This document shows positions 51,657 to 60,223 of a stretch of DNA of 64,000 nt, piece after piece. Numbering within the stretch: the first letter of the stretch is position 1; each line of letters starts with the position of its first letter. The position numbers were made by a program, and so were the translations under genes. This DNA comes from an uncultured Flavipsychrobacter sp. (GTDB taxonomy: Bacteria > Bacteroidota > Bacteroidia > Chitinophagales > Chitinophagaceae): the NCBI GenBank assembly GCA_964561325.1, contig CAZLPE010000001.1:286-64285 (forward strand), written 5' to 3'. The notes under the pieces are model-generated. The model was not told where the DNA came from. It made no database searches and worked only from the letters and a program-made list of their open reading frames with translations.

Positions 51657-53585
51657 TTAGCTCACACCGTGCATCATCTTCTTCAGCTTAGCGCAAAGGA
51701 AGAATAAGATAACTGACGCAAGACCAGAGAATACTACAAAAATCATAAAGTAAGTATACAGATTATCTATGGTTATAGACAAGAAATTAGGTTTTGCAGG
51801 CTGCAAATCCCACACCTGAAGCGTAACACTGTTTGGTTTGCCTTTCATGTCATTAAGCAACAGATAAGCATATTTGGGATTGTCGCCAATAGCAAATACG
51901 AATTTTGGCTCTTTTTCACCGGGAGGAAGATTTTTCAACTCCTGCTCACCCATAGGCGACGGAATAATACGCTTAACCTTCACGCTATCATACGCAAAAC
52001 CACTTGGGTTTGTTGCTGTAGTAATAGAAGCCAAAGAGTCTAAATCTTTAGAACTTTCATTCTTTTTAGTAAGGTTAGCCTTCCATGCAAAAGTATTCGT
52101 TATTGTCTGCGCGTTCTTTACATCGGCCCAGTTGATCGTATTCGCATCAATGTGCAAATCCTGCACTTTGTAGGAGGCGCTAATTTTCTGCTCTTCCGGA
52201 TACAATCCGCTCATAGTGCCGGCCAGTTTGTTGCCGGTAGCTATTGCAAGGAACCAAATACCCATCATTAATCAATAAACACGACCGGGGGTCAGTTTGT
52301 TTACCATAGACAGACCTATCGGGCTAAGGAACAACTCTCCGATAGTATGCAGGAAATAAAGACCGGTAAGGAAAATGATGCTCGCTCCACCTGCTGGTAT
52401 ACTCTTTGCGCCAAAGGCGATAAAGAGGAACCCTGCCGACAACAACATCAAACCCAACGATTGCTTGTAGGGCGCAGCTACATTTTTGCCGCGTTTTGCA
52501 AGCCATACCCAACCGGCGCTGATGATAGGCGCAAGCAACACAATGAAACCGGCATTGAAACTCTGGAAATAGGCTGCTGGCATAGTCCATCCAAACACCT
52601 TACGATCAGTTTGCTCTGCGGCAAAGAACGTAAGCGATGCTCCTGCTTGCTCGAAACACATCCAGAAGAATATTACGAATATCATTATCAATATAATCAC
52701 CCAAAGTCTGTCTTTCTCAACTTTGGTGAGCGACTTATCTGTAATGATTACAAACGGGCCTACGGCGGTCATACCGTAGATTAACGATCCCCAGATATCG
52801 ATACCTGCGCCAAAATGCAACAATGAAAACATAACAACTATGCCTCCAATGAGGATAGTAAGCTGCTGAGCGCTGAAGCCTCCGCCGCTTTTTCCGTCTG
52901 TTGTGCCCGCTGTATCGGCAGCTTTGTTTGGGCCAACACCCAACTGACGACCGTCTGGAGCTACAACATATTTATTTTTTGTAAAATAAAATATCACCAA
53001 ACTCACCAACATGCCGAGACCGGCGCAAAGGAAACCCCATTTAAAATCTACATTTTCGCCAAGATAGCCGCACACCAGCGGCGCAAAAAATGCCCCGGCG
53101 TTGATACCCATGTAGAAAATTGTGTAAGCCGAATCTTTGCGTACATCGCCGTCTTTGTACAGTTGTCCAACCATCGTAGAGATGTTGGGCTTAAAGAAAC
53201 CATTACCAAAAATGAGGAAAGTAAGACCTGCCCACATCATAGTAACAGCCAAACCCTTATCGGCGCTATGCGAAAATGAGGCTGAGAAAAACATCAGGAA
53301 CTGACCCAACGCCATCAGCAAACCGCCTACGAATATAGACTTACGATTGCCCCAGTACCGGTCGGCAACATAGCCCCCTATCAGCGGAGTTAAATAAACC
53401 AGTCCGGTATAGCTACCGTATATGTTGCTCGCAGCCGACTTATCGAGCAGCAACATTTTTGTCATGTAAAGTGCAAATATGGCGCGCATGCCATAATAGC
53501 TGAAGCGCTCCCAAAATTCTGTAGCAAATAGTACGTATAGCCCTTTGGGGTGGCCGCTTTCTGTGTTTTCTGTGCTCATCGACAT
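51657..53585 (-). pseudogene. POT/PTR transporter interrupted by one in-frame TGA (52272-52274); pseudogene, split gene or sequencing error
   Basis: ORFs 52272-53585 and 51657-52268 are in the same frame: ...KLTPGRVY-TGA-L-MMGIWFL.... The paralog reads KPLHGMMMGMWFL at this point. Confidence 0.75.
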
Positions 53586-53932
53586 TTTAGCTTTTTTACA
53601 GTAAGTTTAAGTTGTGAAAAATTAAGTAACTGCCAAAATAAATAAAATTATCAGTGTTTGGCGACTCCGGAGCCAGTTTTTTTAACATTACTACAATAAA
53701 CCAACAAAATACCGTCTATTGGGGGGGATAATCACCACTGGTCAAATGCTGTTACCAAACAAAAAGCAGCTGTATACGCTTTATAAGAATACAAACTTTT
53801 GCAAGAAGAAGCAGGCTGCCAGATAACAGCTACCCATATTATAGAGAGCTGCTGGCAAGAAAAACCAGCGAATAATATAAAATAAACCGCCGTCAGCCAA
53901 ATTTTTAGTTTTTTTGCACACAATTCAAAAAA

Positions 53933-55207
53933 ATGAAAAATATCCTTCTTTTAGGCTCGGGCGGGCGCGAATGTGCTCTTGCCTGGAAATTGAGTCAGAG
54001 TCCGTTGTGTGGCAATTTTTTTATAGCGCCGGGCAATTCAGGTACAAGCGAGTATGGTCGGAACCTTCCATTTTCATACAACGATTTCGAGAGCATAAAA
54101 AAAGCTTGTATTGAGTACAATATTGACATTGTTATTCCTGGCCCCGAGGAACCTTTGGTTGCAGGTATATACGACTTCATAAAAAACGATCCCCAACTTA
54201 ATCATATCATCGTTGTAGGGCCATCTAAAGACGGCGCGCAACTGGAAGGCAGCAAGGCTTATTCAAAAAAATTCATGGCACGGCATAATATCCCCACTGC
54301 CGCATACAAGGAGTTTACGATTGATAGTTTTGAACAAGGCGTTGCCTACATAAAACGTAGCGAAATGCCGATTGTAATAAAAGCAGACGGCCTTGCAGCC
54401 GGCAAGGGGGTTGTGATAAGCGACAATTCTATAGATGCAGTGAAGGCGTTTCGTGCAATGGTAATGAATAAACAGTTTGGCGACGCAAGCAAAACGGTAG
54501 TTATAGAGCAATTTCTTGAAGGTATAGAACTATCGGTTTTTGTACTTACCGACGGCACAAACTATGTACTGCTTCCCGAAGCGAAAGATTACAAGCGTAT
54601 AGGCGAAGGAGATACCGGACTGAATACCGGCGGTATGGGCGCTATTTCACCTGTGCCGTTCGCAGACGAAGAATTTATGAAAAAGGTTACTGAGCGCATT
54701 ATAAAACCTACTATTGAAGGATTAAAAAAAGAAAACACTGTATATCAGGGTTTTATATTCTTTGGGTTAATAAAAGTAAAAGGCGAGCCTTATGTTATAG
54801 AGTACAATTGCCGAATGGGCGATCCGGAAACAGAAGTTGTGATACCGCGATTGGAAAATGACTTAGTAGATCTTTGCCTAAAAATGGGCGAAGGCAAACT
54901 TAATGAAGCTACTGTAGCACATAGCCCAAAAGCTGCCGGCGCAGTGATGCTTGTTGCTGCCGGATATCCGGGCGATTACCAAAAAGGGCATGTTATGACT
55001 GGTTTTGACGATGTAAAAGGCAGTTTACTTTTTCATGCAGGCGCAGTTAAAAAAGACGATACGGTACTTACCAATGGCGGCCGAATTCTTGCCGTTACAT
55101 CGTACGGAGCAGATATACAACAGGCGCTGGCAAAATCGTACGAAAACGCAGAAAAAATAAAATATGACGGCAAATATTACAGAAAAGATATAGGCTGGGA
55201 GTTTTAA
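53933..55207 (+). CDS. purD: Phosphoribosylamine--glycine ligase
   Basis: LGSGGRECAL, LEGSK, KADGLAAGKGV, QDYK-like AKDYKR, NTGGMG and EYNCRMGDPE motifs. Confidence 0.97.
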   Translation: MKNILLLGSGGRECALAWKLSQSPLCGNFFIAPGNSGTSEYGRNLPFSYNDFESIKKACIEYNIDIVIPGPEEPLVAGIYDFIKNDPQLNHIIVVGPSKDGAQLEGSKAYSKKFMARHNIPTAAYKEFTIDSFEQGVAYIKRSEMPIVIKADGLAAGKGVVISDNSIDAVKAFRAMVMNKQFGDASKTVVIEQFLEGIELSVFVLTDGTNYVLLPEAKDYKRIGEGDTGLNTGGMGAISPVPFADEEFMKKVTERIIKPTIEGLKKENTVYQGFIFFGLIKVKGEPYVIEYNCRMGDPETEVVIPRLENDLVDLCLKMGEGKLNEATVAHSPKAAGAVMLVAAGYPGDYQKGHVMTGFDDVKGSLLFHAGAVKKDDTVLTNGGRILAVTSYGADIQQALAKSYENAEKIKYDGKYYRKDIGWEF

Positions 55208-55222
55208 TATACTTGCCATCCC

Positions 55223-55266
55223 AAAAAATAGAGCGCAGCCATTCCAATAGCTGCGCTCTATTTTTT
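55223..55266. terminator. Bidirectional terminator, purD / GT4
   Basis: Perfect 17-bp inverted repeat aaaaaatagagcgcagc/gctgcgctctatttttt. Confidence 0.82.
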
Positions 55267-55281
55267 TCAATTATTGACAGT

Positions 55282-56505
55282 TTATTTTCCTTTCAAAGCA
55301 AGTTTAGTTTTTCTCGCAAGCGCCACTACCCTGCTTTTCATAACTCCGGCTAATGGTAAACTGTATGCGGCAGTAGTATGGCTTTTAAAATTTATTCCTT
55401 TTACCACATTCATGTATCTTGCAAGACATACACTCATACTAAATTCATTTTCAGCAAGTTGTCTTGCTGAGTTCCTTCTAAATTGAGAAGGTATTGCGGA
55501 GAGTTTTACAATTTTATCGGCGGCATCTTCAATATCGCCAACTTGAAAAATCTTCAAACAGTTTTCGGCGTATGGGTGATGTTCATAGTCTTCTATTCCG
55601 CTTACCCTTGTGCCTACCATTCCGCAACCAGCCCCAAGCGCTTCCATCATGGCGATGGGGGTTCCCTCAAAATCAGAAGTCATTAACAGCATGTCTGCAT
55701 TGGCAAGAAATCCGGCTACTTCAGCCTGTGTGCGCCACCCCCTAAACGATATACTTTGCTGTAATCCAGCGGCTTCAACTCCGGCCATAAGTCCGGGTTT
55801 TGCATCTCCGTCGCCAATAATATCCAGATGAAATTGCACTTTCTTATTTACCAGTAGCTGCGCAATTTTCAGCAAATCGCCGGCGCGCTTTTGATACACG
55901 CTCACTCTGCCGGCATAAACAAGCCTAATAATGCCATCGGCATGTTCGATTTTATTTAGCGTAGGTAATTTTATTCCGCAAGGTATTGTGTGCACCAGCG
56001 CTGGCGACAATTCCGGAATTTTACTTAGCAGCGTAGCGCATACCCTTTTTGAAACACAAACTATAGCCGCAAGTTTTTTATAATGCTCAGCGGCAATATT
56101 GTAGTAGTAGGGTTCGTCTGCATGCAAAACTGCGATAATTGGGTATGTTTTATGGAAATATGTCCCGGCCATCCATACAGAAGCATCATCAGACAAAATG
56201 ATAGGAACGCCGGCTGGTAACTTTTGTATAAGTTGTGCATAAACGGAAACCCGGTATTCTGGCGTGCCGAACTCGAATTCATACCCTGCTTGCGCAGTAT
56301 GAATCTGAACATTATTCTTGCTTTGCGTTAGCAATTGCACCATCGACTCCCTACCCTTTGCGGAAACAAACTCCCTAACAGGATCGACAGTTATGAAATG
56401 TACTTCAAGACCCAATTTTGCGTACTCCAACGCAGCATCGGCCATCCATCTGGTTACCCCGCCCCTATGGTAGGGGTGACATAAAAAAGCTATTTTTTGA
56501 CTCAA
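55282..56505 (-). CDS. GT4 family (GT-B) glycosyltransferase
   Basis: HRGGV N-terminal loop, YAGRVSVYQKR, IIGDG and SDFEGTPIAMMEA (EX7E) motifs. Confidence 0.9.
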   Translation of the reverse strand: MSQKIAFLCHPYHRGGVTRWMADAALEYAKLGLEVHFITVDPVREFVSAKGRESMVQLLTQSKNNVQIHTAQAGYEFEFGTPEYRVSVYAQLIQKLPAGVPIILSDDASVWMAGTYFHKTYPIIAVLHADEPYYYNIAAEHYKKLAAIVCVSKRVCATLLSKIPELSPALVHTIPCGIKLPTLNKIEHADGIIRLVYAGRVSVYQKRAGDLLKIAQLLVNKKVQFHLDIIGDGDAKPGLMAGVEAAGLQQSISFRGWRTQAEVAGFLANADMLLMTSDFEGTPIAMMEALGAGCGMVGTRVSGIEDYEHHPYAENCLKIFQVGDIEDAADKIVKLSAIPSQFRRNSARQLAENEFSMSVCLARYMNVVKGINFKSHTTAAYSLPLAGVMKSRVVALARKTKLALKGK

Positions 56506-56536
56506 CTGTTTTTCTGGGATTATGCTAATATGGCAA

Positions 56537-56544
56537 CAAAAGTA
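56537..56544 (-). promoter_or_regulatory. -7 element for the GT4 gene
   Basis: caaaagta reads TACTTTTG on the minus strand. Confidence 0.55.
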
Positions 56545-56729
56545 ACACCATAAGCTGGAAACAGATCAAGTTTTGTTGCTCAAAACTGATTTGTTTATTC
56601 TGACAAACAAATTCATCCTTTATAATTCGGTTTGAAAGCCGCGGCCGAGCGCCAATTGGCGAGTAAGGCATTAACATTCGATTCAAACACTAATGCATAC
56701 GCATAACGTTATAGACAAAAAATTATGGC

Positions 56730-56737
56730 TATATTTG
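56730..56737 (+). promoter_or_regulatory. -7 element for the RRE-B2 genes
   Basis: TATATTTG followed by CAG. Confidence 0.6.
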
Positions 56738-56783
56738 CAGGTTCAATCCCTATCTTCTATTGAAAACTTACACATACCTGTAA

Positions 56784-57101
56784 ATGACGACAACGAAAGA
56801 TTGCATGAGCTATAACGCCGATATAAGATTAAGCACCATAATAAAGCGAAACGAAGCCAAATTTCTTGCCAACAAACTGGGTGATGAAATGGTGATGATG
56901 AATATGGAAAACGGCGATTTTATTACTATGAACAATGTTGGCGCTGATATATGGGAACTTACAAACGAACCTATTAGCGTAAGCGACCTAATAAATAAAC
57001 TGCTTAACCTCTACAATACAACCGGTCCTCAGTGTGAAGCTGAAACAATTGATTTTTTAAACCATGCATCTGAACAAAAAATATTCACGTTTATACAATA
57101 A
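56784..57101 (+). CDS. PqqD-family RiPP recognition element (lasso B1-like)
   Basis: LGDEMVMMNMENGDFITMNNVGADIWEL...ISVSDLINKLLNLY...CEAETIDFL pattern; 105 aa. Confidence 0.88.
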   Translation: MTTTKDCMSYNADIRLSTIIKRNEAKFLANKLGDEMVMMNMENGDFITMNNVGADIWELTNEPISVSDLINKLLNLYNTTGPQCEAETIDFLNHASEQKIFTFIQ

Positions 57102-57107
57102 TATACT

Positions 57108-57563
57108 GTGAGTATAGGTAGTATTTTGGTTAGAAAAACATCGAGTTTCGCTTCAATTCCCGGGCGTGAAAAAGCGTTGTTTTTAGAAGCCATAATCACC
57201 GCATTTTATGTAAAGCTAACGCTGTTATTACTGCCATTCAACCGTGTTGCCCGTTGGCTGGGGCAACCGATATCGGACCCGCTTGATGAAACGACTTTGG
57301 AAGGCGCAAATACCGCAAAGAAAATAAAATTTGCACTACAACTTTGCGAACGATACACACCCTGGCGTCTGGAATGCTATACGTTGGCTGTAACGGGTAA
57401 AATACTGCTGAACAGGAGGAAAGAAAAAGGAATTTTATACTTCGGTTTCTGTAAGGCTGCCGACGGCAAACTAAAGGGGCATGCATGGCTGAAGCGGTCG
57501 GGGGTGATAGTAAGCGGCGGCAGCAATTATGTAGATTTTCAGATTCATTCTGCATTTGTATAA
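57108..57563 (+). CDS. Lasso B2-like transglutaminase-fold leader peptidase
   Basis: GTG start; PWRLECYTLA (catalytic Cys), LYFG, GHAWL (catalytic His) and VSGG motifs. Confidence 0.88.
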   Translation: MSIGSILVRKTSSFASIPGREKALFLEAIITAFYVKLTLLLLPFNRVARWLGQPISDPLDETTLEGANTAKKIKFALQLCERYTPWRLECYTLAVTGKILLNRRKEKGILYFGFCKAADGKLKGHAWLKRSGVIVSGGSNYVDFQIHSAFV

Positions 57564-57592
57564 CACATTGCCTACTAAAACAATCAACTTTT

Positions 57593-57600
57593 TACATTTG
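57593..57600 (+). promoter_or_regulatory. -7 element for kinase-sulfotransferase
   Basis: TACATTTG, 19 nt before the ATG at 57620. Confidence 0.55.
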
Positions 57601-57619
57601 CACACTACAATAGCCCATA

Positions 57620-58519
57620 ATGTATAAATACCTCGGATTTGGATTGCATATTGCCAGCGAAATTGAATGTCCCGAACTGTTGCCGTCTGATTTCGAGCAT
57701 GCGGATATTACATTCACTATTGGTAAAACGCCGAACCAAATAGTCAATGAGGATGATGCCAAAATTCCGTTTTCAAGCATAAATAAAAACGAATACCTTC
57801 TCGATATACAGAATATTTGCAAATACTATGCTGCGTTTGGCACAACTATCGTGGCAGAACCTGCCGATGGCACTGACGAGCGCAGTATTCGGCTTTTTGG
57901 GTTAGGCGTAGTTATGGCTGCTATACTTTACCAACGCAATCTTATTCCTTTGCACGCTTCAGCTATATTGAAAGATGGCAAAATAGCGCTGTTCACCGGC
58001 AATTCGGGCGCAGGCAAATCAACATTGATTGCGCATCTGATTACAAAAGGTTATCAAATTTTCACCGACGACATTTGTGTGCTCACCAAAAACGACAATA
58101 ATAATATTCTTGGAGCGGCCTCGTACCCAATGATAAAGCTTTGGGACGACGCTGTAGAGGAGTTGGACAACGACCGGTTTACACTCGACTTTAAGGTGCG
58201 ACCCAAGTTGCCTAAATATGGGCAGTTCTTTCATGATAGTTTTGATACTGCTGCCTACCCTATCTCAAAAATATTTGTGCTGAACCCCGACAAAAACGCT
58301 ACCGCGATCAGTGTAAAACAAATTAAAGCTGCGCAAGCATTTAAACTACTTGAGCAACAAACCTACAAGAATCACCTGATAACCAATCAAAAAACACGCG
58401 CATATCATTTTTCGGTATTGTTGCAACTTGCACAGACTACGCCTGTATATGAAATTACCCGCCCTGTTGTGGGTGCGCCTGTATCTATGTTGTTAGCAGC
58501 AATACGTGATTTAATATGA
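57620..58519 (+). CDS. HPr-kinase-related kinase (lasso-cluster PadeK-like)
   Basis: LHASA, P-loop GNSGAGKST, TDD and YPMIKLW motifs. Confidence 0.85.
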   Translation: MYKYLGFGLHIASEIECPELLPSDFEHADITFTIGKTPNQIVNEDDAKIPFSSINKNEYLLDIQNICKYYAAFGTTIVAEPADGTDERSIRLFGLGVVMAAILYQRNLIPLHASAILKDGKIALFTGNSGAGKSTLIAHLITKGYQIFTDDICVLTKNDNNNILGAASYPMIKLWDDAVEELDNDRFTLDFKVRPKLPKYGQFFHDSFDTAAYPISKIFVLNPDKNATAISVKQIKAAQAFKLLEQQTYKNHLITNQKTRAYHFSVLLQLAQTTPVYEITRPVVGAPVSMLLAAIRDLI

Positions 58520-59379
58520 AGGCTACTGACCCAAAGTTTCGTAATAAAATCATGTGGCTTGCATCTTATCCAAAATCAGGAAATACATGGATGAGAGCCT
58601 TTGTTTCGGCGCTGATAGATAACGGAAAGGTAGATTTAAACAATCTCAAATCAGACGGCATCTTTTCATCGCGCGCAATTTTTGAACGTATAACAAACAT
58701 AGATTCCCGCGACCTGTATGACGATGAAGCAAAAGCAATGATGGCCGATGTATATACTCGTTTTGCTTTAAATCGCGATGAGCTAAGCATAATAAAGGTG
58801 CATGATGCTTATGAGAATGACAGCTATAACAAACCTATAATTCCTGTCCATGTTACCTATTGTGCCATTTATATCATTCGTAATCCACTCGACATAGCCG
58901 GGTCGCTGTCAAGCCACATGAAAATAAGCCTTGACGATGCTGTATCGATGCTCAATAACCCAGATGCTTGTATTGCTTGTCAACCCAACAATCTGAATAA
59001 AAATAATCAGTTCAGGCAGCATTTATCCGACTGGTCGGGACATGTAAAGAGCTGGACCGAAAACGCGCCATTGCCCGTGCATATTATACGCTACGAAGAC
59101 ATGGTCGATAGCCCGAACTCAATTTTCACAAAACTATTGAATGAAATAGGTTGGCAATTTACGGATGAACTTATCGACAAAGCTATAACGGCTACAAATT
59201 TTCAGGAGCTGCGCAAACTGGAAGAATCGAGAGGATTTGCAGAAATGGACGTTCCCGGAAGGAGGTTTTTCCGGGCCGGCAAAACCGGAAACTGGAAGAA
59301 TGAACTTAATAGCCGACAGATTGAAGCTATAACAGACAAACACAATGCTTTGATGAAACAATACGGCTATCTGCCCTAA
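58516..59379 (+). CDS. PAPS-dependent sulfotransferase (Sulfotransfer_1 type)
   Basis: 5'-PSB WLASYPKSGNTW, 3'-PB YIIRNPLD..S, RYED and FFRAGKTGNW motifs; ATGA overlap with the kinase. Confidence 0.92.
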   Translation: MKATDPKFRNKIMWLASYPKSGNTWMRAFVSALIDNGKVDLNNLKSDGIFSSRAIFERITNIDSRDLYDDEAKAMMADVYTRFALNRDELSIIKVHDAYENDSYNKPIIPVHVTYCAIYIIRNPLDIAGSLSSHMKISLDDAVSMLNNPDACIACQPNNLNKNNQFRQHLSDWSGHVKSWTENAPLPVHIIRYEDMVDSPNSIFTKLLNEIGWQFTDELIDKAITATNFQELRKLEESRGFAEMDVPGRRFFRAGKTGNWKNELNSRQIEAITDKHNALMKQYGYLP

Positions 59380-59426
59380 AAAGAGTCTTTGCTTTACCCG
59401 GAAACTACGCCTATATTTATACCACT

Positions 59427-60119
59427 ATGGAACAGTTACTAATACTACACGGGGCAATAGGTTCGGCAACCCAAATGGCTCCTATAGCCAACCGATTTAA
59501 GACAGCCTTCGATGTGTTGTTGTTTAATCTTTACGGACACGGCGGAAAACCTATTGACAACCGACCTTTTAGTATTCCGCTATTCGCTAATGAAGTATTG
59601 TCGTTTTTAGACGAAAACAACATAGCTAATATCTCCATATTCGGTTATAGTATGGGCGGTTATATAGCCTTATACCTTGCCAAGCATCACCCGGATAGGA
59701 TTTCGCGCATAGTGACACTTGCCACAAAATTTGACTGGAATGAACAGATTGCGGCCAAAGAAATTCAAATGTTGAATCCTGAAAAAATAGCTATCAAACT
59801 ACCTGCTTTTGCCAATACGCTTGCCGAGCGTTTCGCACCTGCAGACTGGAAACAGGCATTGCAAAAAACTGCAGATATGATGGTGGAGCTTGGCGTTGAT
59901 AATACGTTGAAAACCAATGATTATGCTGATATAGCCACACCCGTATTGGTGCTGTTGGGTGACAGAGATAAGATGGTATCTTTAGATGAAACACTGTCGG
60001 TTTACAAGTCTTTACCCAATGCGCAGCTCGGTATACTGCCCAATACGCATCACCCAATAGAGCAGGTAGACGCTGATCTTCTATTTGCAATGTCGGCAAC
60101 GCTATTATTAAAAAAGTAG
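59427..60119 (+). CDS. Alpha/beta hydrolase
   Basis: LHG oxyanion motif, GYSMGG nucleophile, GDRD acid and THH His. Confidence 0.9.
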   Translation: MEQLLILHGAIGSATQMAPIANRFKTAFDVLLFNLYGHGGKPIDNRPFSIPLFANEVLSFLDENNIANISIFGYSMGGYIALYLAKHHPDRISRIVTLATKFDWNEQIAAKEIQMLNPEKIAIKLPAFANTLAERFAPADWKQALQKTADMMVELGVDNTLKTNDYADIATPVLVLLGDRDKMVSLDETLSVYKSLPNAQLGILPNTHHPIEQVDADLLFAMSATLLLKK

Positions 60120-60223
60120 TCATTCAAAAGCGTTACACCGCATTATGCTAATGATTTACAATGGTTTGCCCATGCTATAATTTTTTTTTACATTTGCAAG
60201 TATCCTAACTATATAAGTACTCA

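Noticed and set aside
52220-52274. Selenocysteine at the POT in-frame TGA
   Set aside because: The position corresponds to Gly/Ser at a helix start, not a catalytic Cys. The only downstream stem (ccggc...gccgg) is about 30 nt away and does not resemble a bacterial SECIS.
53732-53923. 63-aa hydrophobic ORF in the POT/purD intergenic region
   Set aside because: Alternative start codon, no promoter or family support; it lies where purD promoter elements are expected.
53586-53932. ZTP or purine riboswitch upstream of purD
   Set aside because: The conserved cores (GACUGGCG...CCGCCUGGG; purine aptamer loops) are not present; only unrelated short matches.
56693-56815. 40-aa ORF MHTHNVIDKK...RLHEL upstream of the RRE as a lasso precursor
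   Set aside because: No YxxP-L leader, no T-x-G/C/S junction with an acceptor Asp/Glu at position 7-9; it spans the promoter box and overlaps the RRE start.
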